The notes beneath the pieces are model-generated. The model made no database searches. It saw nothing but the letters and a program-made list of their open reading frames with translations, and had not been told where the DNA came from. A stretch of DNA of 39,350 nucleotides from Barthelona sp. PAP020. Its lineage: Eukaryota. Made by a program: the position numbers and the translations under genes. Numbering within the stretch: the first letter of the stretch is position 1; the number at the start of each line of letters is the position of its first letter. The stretch spans positions 1 to 39,350 of the forward strand of contig JARQWU010000068.1 in assembly GCA_040182905.1 (NCBI GenBank), read 5' to 3'. Shown here one piece after another: positions 19,901-27,997 of this stretch.

Positions 19901-22900
19901 TGTAAATACTGGATTAGGTACGTCATTCTTTGATTTATATTCTCAAGAAACAGAATTTTTGAAACATCTTAATGAAGATTTCGAACCAACTGCTGATCGC
20001 AGATTGCTTCCATCAAAAGTTAATAAAATGGGATTCCATGTTTTAAAACTTGACAGTGTAAATACATTGGAAGTAAATGAAGTTTTACATACCCTCATTA
20101 CAAATCAACTTATGTATATAAAGGGTATTCGTCACTACACTGAAAGAGTATTTTGGATTGTTGCTGATTCTTCAAAACATATTCAAAAACTCTCAAAAAG
20201 AAGTAAAGGTAGAACATTGTGTTTTAATATTGAACGTTCATTTACAATAAAAGATATTCAAAGATATATTGCTTTTTATCTTTCTCCAACACGTGGATAT
20301 CCTGATATTATTAGCACCACTCTTGTTAATCCTCTTTCAAAATTAATTCTAGATCTCAATAGTTTAATAAGAAATACATTGCATGATGAATATTTGTCTG
20401 CAAATATGCTTCAATCAGCTTATTTGCCCTTGTTTGTGACCCCATCTTATGCATTTTCTTCACTTTCAGATGTGTTTATTGTACTACAATCAATTTATCA
20501 ACTTATATACCAATATTATTCGAAGGACCTTGTCATGAAAATTCAGCAACAAATATTATCTGTTGCGAATCAATTAGATGTAGAAATTGATGAATTTTAT
20601 TTGATTCTCCCATGGAATATTTATAATTTGGATAAAAAAGACTATGAAGCAGAAATGATAACACATGATGAGTTGTGGAAATCGCTTCCATCGGAATTTT
20701 TGGAAAGTGTACCTAAAGCAATTCTGGGTGAAGTTATTGAATTTGTTTATAGTGTTGGATTCTTTTTACAAACTTCTTATTGTCATGCTGTGAATATCTT
20801 CTATAACACTGATGTTGAGATACCTTCATTGTTGGCTCGTGATGAACATTTTCAATACATTCGACAAATTTGTACGTTTATTGGTAGAAACTTGCTTCAG
20901 ATGGAACATCATTCATCTCCAACTGATGCTATTGATTGTTTGGAACAATTTGAAACTCCTTCAATTCTTTTGATTCGTGAAGAGGAATTGAGAATTTTAT
21001 CTGATGAGGAGTTGATTAGACTTGAAAAGATGATTGAACGTGATTCTGTGAGATACAAAGTTATTTTCTTTTTGGAAAAAGATTCTCCTTTGCAATTCCG
21101 TCTTCGCACAATTGTTACTTCTATTTATTCATCATCTTTCTTCATTGCTATTGATTTGCCAAATATGATCGAAGATTTTGATATCATTCAACCTATTGTT
21201 GAAGGGGTTTACAATAATTTTAAGACTATTCCTGGTTTGCAATCAGTTAATAGTGATGATTTATTTGATTTAGTGTTGTTTTCTGTTCAAAAAGTTATGA
21301 CTCTGCATCATAGCAATTCAAATGATAAGGTTTCAGCCGACACTATTGAGATGTTACGATTGCCTGATATTTTAACCATGGTTGATTATCAATCTGCAAC
21401 TGATATGTATCAACAGTTTGAAATAGAAGACAATCAAGTTGGTGAGACTCGCCAGAATGAAGAAAAGCGAGATAAACGAAAAAGAATAACCACCACAAAA
21501 CGTAGAACTTCTGCCACAGAACGCAAATCAAAGAGTAATTCAACAAGTATTTTGAAGTCTAAACTTGTAGCTTATGATGATTACAGCACTGAAAAGGAAT
21601 TTTTGGATGATATTGAAGAGTTTGTTGATGAACCATATTCTCAATCCATTTCTCCCTATCATTCAAAAGTTAATATTTCTGGTGTTAATTTTTATGGCTT
21701 GGTTGAAACTTTCAATCACTTTTTCCTTTTGTTTAAGAAAGTACGTACTCAATACTCAGAACGTCAGGAAAAACAAATCAATTTGCTACAGAATTTGACA
21801 TATTTGTCTGAGCAAGTTAATGCTCTTCAAACAAGAATTGACAACATAAATGAAGAAATTAAAGACAAAACCAATGTATTTGCTAATTGCAAAAATGAGC
21901 TTATTGAAGCATCTGCTGGTTTTGTCTCTCTATCTGAGGTAAATTCAGAAATTTCAAGGAAGTTCCCTGAGTTTAATGCAGAAGATTTATACATCAAAAC
22001 TCAAATAAATTTTGTTGAATCTGAATTAAAAACTGTTTTTAAACACATGAATCGTGTTCATTCTCGTCATGCAAATGAACTCAACAATATGATGAGCAGT
22101 ATTTCCACTTTATTTGTTGAAGATCGTTCATGGAATTTAGGACGTGATGTTTTACTCTTTTTCCTTCGTTTTTCTCAACAAAAAATTGATAAAGATTTGG
22201 ATGACACAAGTTTTGTGGAACTTTTTAATTCAATTGTAATTCAACCTGAAAATGACACATTCACCCAATTTTTAAAAGTTGCCACGACCAATCAAACACC
22301 ATGGAAACATTTGGAAGATTATGAAATCGAATTGCTCCAGGAATTAATCGATATTGGATCACAACCCCATTTCACTCCAGCAGAAATGTCGATTCGTATT
22401 CCTTCTTGTGTGCCACTTGTGCGACTTTTAAAAAGTACAGTTCAAGTTATTCAACTTGTCCTGCAATTGAAAGAAAAGCAAGATGCTTCTGTTTCTTTAA
22501 GAGAAATTCGTGATCAAGAAACAACAAGATTGGCTAATGTTACTCGTGAATTGCAATCACAAGAACAAAGAGTCAAAAATCTCAGTGGTGATCTTGAAAA
22601 ACATCTTCAAGAACTTGAAGAAAAGAAATTGGTCCATTCAGATTTATCTAAACAATACAAAGAACTTCATGCACTTCTTCAAGAGCTCACTGAAACTGTT
22701 GATGGAATTGCGGGAATGGAGCTTTCAATTAATGCATTAGCTGCCATTTCTTTGTATATGTTTATTATTGGATCTTTTGGTGTCACATTGAATCCCATCA
22801 ATCGCAAATCTTTTGATGATGACATCACCAAACGTATTACCAAAATATTCAATGTTAATCTTGAAGTTTCATTCTTGCTGTATTTTTGGAGGGAGTATTG

Positions 22901-25900
22901 GAGTGTGTTCTTCCAAAAACCCACTGTTTCTCATGAATTATTCAGAATTAAAGAAACTTCTTCGATGCTTTGTTTTATTCTTGCTGCTATTAGCACGTCT
23001 CTATCACCCACAATTTTTGTTGATCCAGACAATGTGAGTGACCAAACATTGAACATGTTTTTTGAAGATTTTATCGAACCCAAAAATATTGATGAATTAT
23101 TTCCATTGTTTAATCAAAGTAAGGTTATTAAACTGCAATCTGATATGATTATTGAGAATATTGTTGTTTTGCGAGAGATAATATTGGCTTTATTAGAAGC
23201 CCGCAAGACGAATCAAATTAAACGTGTGTATCTGAAAAGTGGGATTATGGTTTCCATTCGACCCCAAGTCATGATCGCTTTTATTGCCCATTCACGTTCT
23301 GACATGCTTCGTGTCAAAGCTGCATTTAGTAATCTTGGAAATTATGTTGCACCCACATTCTTTGTTATGGATTTGACAAAATCTCGACTTACTCTTGAAG
23401 AAGATCTTTTTAAAACTATTTTTACCATTGATGAAGGTACAGTTGGTGCTCAATTACGTAAATTTGGTAAAGGTATGGAAGATGCAGAAAAACTGAAGGC
23501 AGAATGTCATGAAAAAATGTTCAATTTAGTTTATCAATTGCAACAGTTCTATAATGATTTTAACAAGTCTGAAGAAACCATTTTAGAATTGAAACATCTC
23601 ACAAAAGCTTTATTAGGTGCTGAAGAAATGCGAGTTCAATATGCTAGCAATTTTGAGGAATTGGTTGTTTATCGTGATGCGTATCAATCATTGGCAAAGT
23701 TCTTTTCACATGTTTATATATATTATGAACGTTCTATTTCTATGGTCCATTCATTGCATTTGATAACGAAAGCTGAATATCATGAAATCCTTTCCACAAT
23801 GATTCAGCAAGCTGAACCTGCACCCATCGGCTCTAAAGCTCGTATCAGATCAATTTTAAGGTGTACTCCATTTTTAATTCAGTCTTTGCAATTGTCACTC
23901 ACACCAATTGAACGTTCACATCTGATTCAGTCAATCAGTATGCAAATTATAACAGGCAGATTATCAGGCGATGAGCTTTATGATATCTATCGTTTTGACA
24001 AAACCTTTTTCTCTGGGGATAGTTTTCCTTATGTTGAAGGTGTTGCAAGTAGTTTAAAGCTTCATTCTCGTGTGGTTGCAACATTATCTAATTTGTCTTC
24101 TCAATCATCAAACTGGAAATATTTGTATGATTGGATGATTGATAATGCAGAGACAGTTAACGAAATTGTTGCATTAAGTCAAAACGATGGACCATCAATT
24201 TCAATTAATGCTCAAATGTTGTATGATTTGTTACCTCATTTTGAAGAATCTAAGTACTCATTTATGCTTTCTATGGTTTTAAATGTTAACTGCATAATTA
24301 ATAATGGCGATCCAACATTTGGTTTCACATTACTTTTGAATTTTGTTGTTGACTTGTTAAATATCGAGGTTGGCACTATTGTTCCCTCAAACACTCACTT
24401 ATTACTCAATGTTTTTGCCAGAAAGGAAAGTGGTGTTGTTCAAACGTTGTTAGTTCAACGAAATACAATACCAGGTGTTGTTTTACTTGAAGGCGTTGCT
24501 CAACAACTTAAATATTCTTTTTCACTGTTTCCTGTTACATATTATCTTGAAAAGGGAAAAGATTCTATTGTTGAATTTGTTGGAAATTCTCACAACCGAG
24601 TTATTCTTGTGTGTGGGATTGACCTTCTCAGTCAAATTCAAATATCTGAGATGTTCGAAACATTTAAATCTCTCAAATCAAATGAAGTGTTTGTATTCTA
24701 CAATACCATTATTTCTAAAACAAATAAACTGTCTAATCCCAGGTACAATATATTTACTTTACGTTGTTTTATTGAAGAAACATTAAGTGCTCGTTTAGAT
24801 CTTGAAGACATCACAACTTTAAGCACGTTAAATGCTAAATCCACCATGTTTGAAAATAGTCAGGCTATTTCTGTTGCATTGGTGCTGATGAACTTCTTCC
24901 TTGAAGTTAACGCTCGTAATATAATTCCTTCATCGTATATGCTTCCTCCCACCATCCAAAATGCTGCCTTTGGAATCCATCTTTTACCTTCTCTTTTAAG
25001 AAGATTTGTGGAACCTTTGACCTTACAAGAGAATCCTAAAGCTTCTTGGGCAACAATCCGTCAAAGAATGATTAACAATTTACCTGTGTCTCAATCAATG
25101 GGTCATTTAGAAGAGTTATCATTGGTGGAAGAATTAATTGGTCCTCATATTTTGGATATTCTTGATGAAAATCCTGATCATTTTAATTTTGAAGCTATTT
25201 CAGCTTTTAGAGATACAATTTGTCCCTATGGACATTTGTCTCAAAATTTGTACAATGTGTCTTCAAATAAAAGAGTCGTAGTTTCCCCATTTGCTTCAAT
25301 TTCTACTGTAAAAACCTCCACACGTCTTGGATTTAAAGACATAACAAATGCAACTGTTCCTTCTTCATTAATATCATATTTCCCCAATGATTTGTTGTCA
25401 AAGAAATATGTTGCTCAAGTTCGAAACGTTTTGACTTCATTGAAAATTAAATTACCCCTTATTTTTAACACAAATGAAGTAAATTATGTTCGTGTTCAAT
25501 TTTCAGACAATATGATTCTTCAACAATTTGTGTTGGATGAAATTCATGCATTTAATTCAACAGTGAAAAGAATCAATAATGACATCACAAATTTGTTAAA
25601 GAATGGTTGTTTAGATTTTAACTCAACACTTTTCAGAAAATTATACTTTGGTTTCACTCCAATTCAATGGTTACCCGTGAATTCATATTCATATTATGAT
25701 ATCAAGGATGATATACCATTAGCAATTCTGAACCAAATATTGAAAGCTTCGTATGAACAAATCTGTTCATGGATTGGACGTCATTCCATCTCAGAGATTG
25801 ACCTGTCTCTTATCAACGATTTTGAAAATTTTGTTTTCACCATTCAAAATATTCTATCATCCAACTCAGCAAATCTATTAGATCATGAACTAAAATTCTC

Positions 25901-26294
25901 TTTGGCTCAAATTTCCGAAAATGATCCTTCAACCCTCAGGATATCTGGTATTCAATTGCCTCCTGGAGTTGTTTATGAACCTGTTGGTTCTTTATTGCGA
26001 AAGCCAAATGAATCTGAATCAACTCTTTCTCACACCGATATTTCTTTGACACTATTTCTTTCCAAAAAAACAAGTGCCCTTCAATCTATGGTCAATATTT
26101 TCTCAGATAAGAATAAAATATACAACGCACCATTGGTGATTGGCCGACAAAAAACAGACTTTTATGTTAACTTTGCAACAGAAGATGTTCCCAGAACTTG
26201 GTATGCTAGTGGACTTAAAGTAATGTCAAGGCACAGTTCTTTTTCTTTGATGGAATCAAGAAAAAATAGCTTCAAACCCAATTTGAAAGAATAA
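10905..26294 (+). CDS. Dynein heavy chain-like protein (outer-arm gamma/DNAH5-8-like tail) with degenerate motor domain
   Basis: Uninterrupted 5129-aa ORF. Tail motifs (GPRSEYAFW, PPIGRDTPPVAGRLMW, KPGHDILTWNSMNI), linker (RLENPRLFMLTDDELL), AAA remnants (GGSWLMFENFDRL, GPSRSGKST, GALGKSS, FVDPDN), stalk coiled coils and C-terminal domain remnants occur in dynein order. Confidence 0.88.
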   Translation: MSSDSRLKWVVSKLKVMLCENEPRYLVAMLKQASIMPEIERFLNNRTPSLIYILVRHIPCTVVVSDSDVYEDKEISLPYTLELLSNSSRIDTNGIYFAKKFPVRITDDNIESQVLFGQLSSRPLESLKLLLREVFVPLLVSEHQDMEKEVSNDLKNIKKDNNNAIIEELNTFSVTLTENLENIHKNPYLQQPPSDFDIDPKNPNPMLPKSVIITCESLIHQWIDVIEPLVSSPNLTNERLLMGDPGPRSEYAFWSLRFAQLSSLQQQLRTRPMRGVLAALGVGKSMELKSWRVMESKLAESVSVAKDSEKYLGMLNRILNPLYGKTPSFKGIMDNFTQLFDILKNIYENCKFYKDEAEFIVLFQKIMFQILKFSKIVLFESDVFYFSQLLKIRSIEDSIVLLEKIEEFCRRFKFHYDQSKSQSMMSDGKLFKFDELVVFKQLEIFLEAHSYLSNLLKCFSIYSEIMPNFSLVLQSISLNQGEFDNFNELLQELVDCITNLEKLNMDPLDLYHSLFKSHYIKFVHSLSGFEARLIQLLPSFFNKPGNSDISNRMQIVLKFYRLAERDNLRSIIEEEANNIVILFEELLDEIERDYARHKDAPPIGRDTPPVAGRLMWCETLLKRLEMPMEKFILVKECGLVSNRQSKGVISKYNKLITIIVQYQTMFHYGWAKDVSELKRGLNSTLFVRSDDGDLRSAFKDSLLALIREARYISRTDQNQLPPIAFQILGQQRRYLGYRDQILCVLDRRMQVLFSVQNIYKLLFTQLNDLEIALKPGHDILTWNSMNIDVFLSNVHLILNKIETLTNTVNKTISESIYSPLYSTASLKLINLSSNHTQCSLPLTSFLDKQYECVEQHVIDFGDMLNKLQDSFNHIKHEVMTNSINTIPDETKVDDSLLELKDNLIREISSLLFHIILSSLEEFYNFVFEKIQTKDFSLCSIDLMFSAPYIKPVVRFEQIWGDILKLVHLILDFPKRFSDSSFFGETEEFFSFQLNKFGELTKVQCQSNKIHRQIISNPRIHKLLFKFRKLHQIISDNMDDICVDLQDQFSWLCNNDFSGLQVSDNLSMTIFAFEKQFQQFAKYHQVIVDLDTFVPIKSSPNFLCVNLSKLKEALLSELQIWKVSYSRPLRLLIKDRLISVINTCGQFLSAFSTNVTALENYHEMYQFILNLKERSTELELEISEIRSVYSMLTSYGVGIPPEAFSKAGEFQIKYLEGVTNQEYRTPLDLFNSTQFMEEAGLDFAETESYFTENEIMSNFMGSTTSLGSAFSHKTSQSKISTLSGSVYEDTIGSNEGRIFDPASLDPRTFKMVEQHIIVIQSCWRGYLVREELKMDKLKFFNDFDDTDLLDEIKTEVDDDKIDQEDVIIEEERQKKDKKLQNPLNDNKNTKTDAFEALLLATMSQVWQSVMDNMSSTELQLKQATPELMAFVQQREKQLQVDLTRISSDLDARGILDSSLTIQESLNRFGEFERSIDIIEENVKVYELGSRLFFLPSFKGMKELNRVRQILSQTSLLVSIFNRSRTFFEQLCETRYNNIDLKQATSEITELKSILNEANPESQRSSLVAETSQYIKQLETLVPLVEMLYGVKLMTHHWQCLLVSALKLNSQKNQDMQSSVAVGKSFIHLNNIQTVSVDLDQLTIGDLVKYHVFESGELISYIVELANRDNLADEWLKHFRDFWRSRLFKITDGASRMFDTKQIHDLLEQLETDSSKCKSLIISISDLNDSRDSLISVADFSSNGEVVGNLSLSLKAVKVITDVLTSLLTIQSRIDRLSIVIKRAIGASPILRERFSSLLEAWRDVDNLWSALLNQVDKVEKRMIDFCFDSFVVVVEPCRVVSILLDRLSESVDPKQLDFHEFFLHCRLENPRLFMLTDDELLSCLAGALADSPFISDKVVQSIFPGFDSFVFDRIDQTKVVQLRSKCGELLPLCRPVQLFRANQDEDMSQTTAIIALNSVVETMQETVLQLLINAFDGLSNSSSYSLLDHYPSQMATVAERLKFSGDIKSIAKLKRAGKEKSVGDELFHQIVSYVNVLSQPLLNQFGTAGISLNENELGFPSKLHLHKTKQLLSVVIQHRDFLERFLNTKVIRSENTELQGILLYNLDLRKPLIQVSLGNDGPFPYGNEFISAPISRFERGISGSFIETPIFTTGIMEDLEGIAASLSGNQIGTILSDKDPSFPSRSVQIFANLLGRPFYTYFLEIQPPVSVLCNLICGAVIGGSWLMFENFDRLPKSARVAIYPLISEVYNSILNEKPNVQPFGFFEPLSISNAFSFFISLSDAVENSSDFSLEIQKYLRPVRLNAPKFEEVIAFYTHSCGFSDNSDISNKILKVFKLLELHFNRPFVISHLRDVLSFMEATGKVFASNGYRKTVSNTRQRSAFSTEVKIAISALINCLGGQFSRSNTDKVENEIIVQYFGNPQPMNIEIKTSREQVKKVGKKGRTPARQPKEVLILNEEPKFFSEFAAFKHILQSVFDVDGSQLSSYSCHFNPYLLHANSDSFLLNNAKYIELHRKYWSDETKDSSFEPFFKHDVSVDVVNLNIFKVYQECWKKMELSQFTPSFMESLNSFVTLSEFNNTFCIAGPSRSGKSTFIKIASRVFEKITQKTVHCENFSFSSIARLINLNFDSIFGLATEDNVVGELSQIIDRANESDDIFFISFDCEDVDNELFSSSSYLLKFFESLYNRSSVFCNSDGRFINLAKNCFLFLETDDDKLENQKEILEIFKLIHLDDASVNWTQILNDFLNKLEERQKKQKNTKSYALTYETNVSTASSLKQLFDKFFENAYTVVFSQQSPNKIQSTLVPNRIQCIENIVTILASVLHSLIGPSSPFLLPLPPHITERVFLYSLLWGMGSGLTEFSRSIFSSQLFKHVKICGLPQQYIKALETYLQINDINDIDPSTLPEFTPFDFILDDATGEWVFLDKITADPPVPPTIDRGGKFYDLEKLVVQSRSSLGLEKLIQLLLNALGSSLLSRMPKILVSSLEGALGKSSFLSDVNTGLGTSFFDLYSQETEFLKHLNEDFEPTADRRLLPSKVNKMGFHVLKLDSVNTLEVNEVLHTLITNQLMYIKGIRHYTERVFWIVADSSKHIQKLSKRSKGRTLCFNIERSFTIKDIQRYIAFYLSPTRGYPDIISTTLVNPLSKLILDLNSLIRNTLHDEYLSANMLQSAYLPLFVTPSYAFSSLSDVFIVLQSIYQLIYQYYSKDLVMKIQQQILSVANQLDVEIDEFYLILPWNIYNLDKKDYEAEMITHDELWKSLPSEFLESVPKAILGEVIEFVYSVGFFLQTSYCHAVNIFYNTDVEIPSLLARDEHFQYIRQICTFIGRNLLQMEHHSSPTDAIDCLEQFETPSILLIREEELRILSDEELIRLEKMIERDSVRYKVIFFLEKDSPLQFRLRTIVTSIYSSSFFIAIDLPNMIEDFDIIQPIVEGVYNNFKTIPGLQSVNSDDLFDLVLFSVQKVMTLHHSNSNDKVSADTIEMLRLPDILTMVDYQSATDMYQQFEIEDNQVGETRQNEEKRDKRKRITTTKRRTSATERKSKSNSTSILKSKLVAYDDYSTEKEFLDDIEEFVDEPYSQSISPYHSKVNISGVNFYGLVETFNHFFLLFKKVRTQYSERQEKQINLLQNLTYLSEQVNALQTRIDNINEEIKDKTNVFANCKNELIEASAGFVSLSEVNSEISRKFPEFNAEDLYIKTQINFVESELKTVFKHMNRVHSRHANELNNMMSSISTLFVEDRSWNLGRDVLLFFLRFSQQKIDKDLDDTSFVELFNSIVIQPENDTFTQFLKVATTNQTPWKHLEDYEIELLQELIDIGSQPHFTPAEMSIRIPSCVPLVRLLKSTVQVIQLVLQLKEKQDASVSLREIRDQETTRLANVTRELQSQEQRVKNLSGDLEKHLQELEEKKLVHSDLSKQYKELHALLQELTETVDGIAGMELSINALAAISLYMFIIGSFGVTLNPINRKSFDDDITKRITKIFNVNLEVSFLLYFWREYWSVFFQKPTVSHELFRIKETSSMLCFILAAISTSLSPTIFVDPDNVSDQTLNMFFEDFIEPKNIDELFPLFNQSKVIKLQSDMIIENIVVLREIILALLEARKTNQIKRVYLKSGIMVSIRPQVMIAFIAHSRSDMLRVKAAFSNLGNYVAPTFFVMDLTKSRLTLEEDLFKTIFTIDEGTVGAQLRKFGKGMEDAEKLKAECHEKMFNLVYQLQQFYNDFNKSEETILELKHLTKALLGAEEMRVQYASNFEELVVYRDAYQSLAKFFSHVYIYYERSISMVHSLHLITKAEYHEILSTMIQQAEPAPIGSKARIRSILRCTPFLIQSLQLSLTPIERSHLIQSISMQIITGRLSGDELYDIYRFDKTFFSGDSFPYVEGVASSLKLHSRVVATLSNLSSQSSNWKYLYDWMIDNAETVNEIVALSQNDGPSISINAQMLYDLLPHFEESKYSFMLSMVLNVNCIINNGDPTFGFTLLLNFVVDLLNIEVGTIVPSNTHLLLNVFARKESGVVQTLLVQRNTIPGVVLLEGVAQQLKYSFSLFPVTYYLEKGKDSIVEFVGNSHNRVILVCGIDLLSQIQISEMFETFKSLKSNEVFVFYNTIISKTNKLSNPRYNIFTLRCFIEETLSARLDLEDITTLSTLNAKSTMFENSQAISVALVLMNFFLEVNARNIIPSSYMLPPTIQNAAFGIHLLPSLLRRFVEPLTLQENPKASWATIRQRMINNLPVSQSMGHLEELSLVEELIGPHILDILDENPDHFNFEAISAFRDTICPYGHLSQNLYNVSSNKRVVVSPFASISTVKTSTRLGFKDITNATVPSSLISYFPNDLLSKKYVAQVRNVLTSLKIKLPLIFNTNEVNYVRVQFSDNMILQQFVLDEIHAFNSTVKRINNDITNLLKNGCLDFNSTLFRKLYFGFTPIQWLPVNSYSYYDIKDDIPLAILNQILKASYEQICSWIGRHSISEIDLSLINDFENFVFTIQNILSSNSANLLDHELKFSLAQISENDPSTLRISGIQLPPGVVYEPVGSLLRKPNESESTLSHTDISLTLFLSKKTSALQSMVNIFSDKNKIYNAPLVIGRQKTDFYVNFATEDVPRTWYASGLKVMSRHSSFSLMESRKNSFKPNLKE

Positions 26295-26312
26295 AACTAA
26301 GAATAAAACTAA
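26287..26312 (+). repeat. 12-bp tandem duplication (AAGAATAAAACT x2) spanning the dynein-like stop codon
   Basis: Read directly: aagaataaaact aagaataaaact aa; each unit contains AATAAA. Confidence 0.85.
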
Positions 26313-26642
26313 AATTTGGAATCTTTTCTTTGTAAACAACATTCTTTTTACAGGTTTATTTATTTTTATTTATTTGTCCAAACTTTTCATATTGGAAAAA
26401 TTGATCTTCAAAACAAATTGATGTGAATTCTTTGACGATTTAGAAAATCAAAATTTTCAAATGACCTCAGATTATCCTTTTATCGTTTCATTTTCAATTT
26501 AAACACGAAAAGTAATTTGTCAAAAAAAACCAAGAAAATTGGAAAATACTATTTATAAATACAACGTCTTTCAGATAAAACAGCAAAAATTGGTGTTGCT
26601 TCATACTGAAAACAAAAACTATTAATATTGACTAAATTAATT

Positions 26643-27626
26643 CTAATTGAAACTTCCAAAATCATCATCAATATTTTCCAACTTCTGGTCTAAATGTAAA
26701 AAGATCATATCAAATGCAAGTTCACCATCTCCCCATCCTAAGAAAAAGGCTTCAACATCATCATCTTCGGAAATAACTTCATCATCCAAGTCATTCCACA
26801 AAGTTTCATTTTCATCATATCCACTACCTTTTCTTGGTGGCTCTATCATCATATTTGGTGCCATTTGCATCATTAATTGGTCATTAAATACCATTAAAGG
26901 CTGTTGTGGATGCATCTGTGCAATATACATAGGATTGAATGATTGCATGAAATTAGGAGAATATCCATTGAAATAAACATATGAGGGAGCTTCAGGAGTT
27001 GTTGGTTGAATAATTCTGTTGGCTTGTTCATTGAGCATAAGAGCATAGGAAGGAAAATTTTTCAATTCTTCAGTCAATTCTGGTCCTTCATCTTTAACTT
27101 CAGATACTAACATGTCTCTCATCATAGGATTAACATTCATTTTAACGGAAGAAAACGCATTGTCAATATCTGCCTGAGAAGGTATTTCAATCATGTTGTT
27201 TGACATATCAATAGCTCGTGAAAGAAATTGGGCAGCAAAACGCTGATATTCAGCCTCTGTGTTTTCAAAAAATAAGTCAAATGAAGTTCCAGGTTGATGT
27301 AACCATTCATTTAAATTATCATACTTAGGAATTAAATGTAAATAAGGTTTCATACGTGAAACTTCCCTACAAGCTCCTCTTTTTCGACGATTCATAAACC
27401 AATGTTTTATTTTGGGTGGAGGGACAGAAAACCTGTCACCCAAAACTTTGTACAAACTCGAAGCAAAATTTTTAGCCCTAGAAAGTCTTTGTTCAGGCAA
27501 ACAACGATAAATGAACTCCATAAATAGAAGTTGATGTGGTTGGGGTTTCCAATAACTTTTGCGATTATTAGCACCCTTTCCACCTTTTGTTTCTTCAATG
27601 TAATTCGAAGTTGTGGGAATAGTCAT
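26643..27626 (-). CDS. Atypical homeodomain transcription factor
   Basis: Recognition helix KIKHWFMNRRKR, N-terminal arm RKSYWKPQPHQL, then a Met/Pro/Gln-rich region and an acidic C-terminus typical of activation domains. The ATG at 27626 is preferred because it follows a T-tract/TCA element; 27653 is an alternative. Confidence 0.7.
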   Translation of the reverse strand: MTIPTTSNYIEETKGGKGANNRKSYWKPQPHQLLFMEFIYRCLPEQRLSRAKNFASSLYKVLGDRFSVPPPKIKHWFMNRRKRGACREVSRMKPYLHLIPKYDNLNEWLHQPGTSFDLFFENTEAEYQRFAAQFLSRAIDMSNNMIEIPSQADIDNAFSSVKMNVNPMMRDMLVSEVKDEGPELTEELKNFPSYALMLNEQANRIIQPTTPEAPSYVYFNGYSPNFMQSFNPMYIAQMHPQQPLMVFNDQLMMQMAPNMMIEPPRKGSGYDENETLWNDLDDEVISEDDDVEAFFLGWGDGELAFDMIFLHLDQKLENIDDDFGSFN

Positions 27627-27997
27627 TGAAACAAATAAAAAAATGATTGTCATTTTTTTAGGTCACAATAATTCATTTGTTTTCTTTTTATTTTCATTAT
27701 ATTAGTGCCCCAAAGCACTACATTTAATACAGGAAATTGGAAAAAGGAAGATTTTTTTAAAGTTTAATTCTCCTTCACAAAAAATTTTTTTTTTAAATGA
27801 GCTCGATGTATCACGGTTTGCACACTTTTTTTTTGGTAAATATTGACAGAGAATCACTATATGCCTAAAAATTAATAATCAACTTTCTAACTGTTATGAA
27901 CTCGCAGCTTTTTTTTATGAAAAATCTTTTCAAGTTGAGTTGCTGGTAAAAGAAAGAATGGAAGAGCTCACAAATTCTGGATTTTTTTTTTTTTATT

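Noticed and set aside
10905..26294. Dynein-like gene as a pseudogene
   Set aside because: 15.4 kb with no stop or frameshift in AT-rich DNA despite extreme divergence implies continued purifying selection.
27806..27856. snRNA-like words (ATCACG and TTGCAC as in U1 loops; ACAGAGA as in U6)
   Set aside because: No U1 5' ACTTACCT, the spacing is wrong for U1 stem-loops, and no U6 AGC triad or ISL follows ACAGAGA; the words are short enough to be chance.
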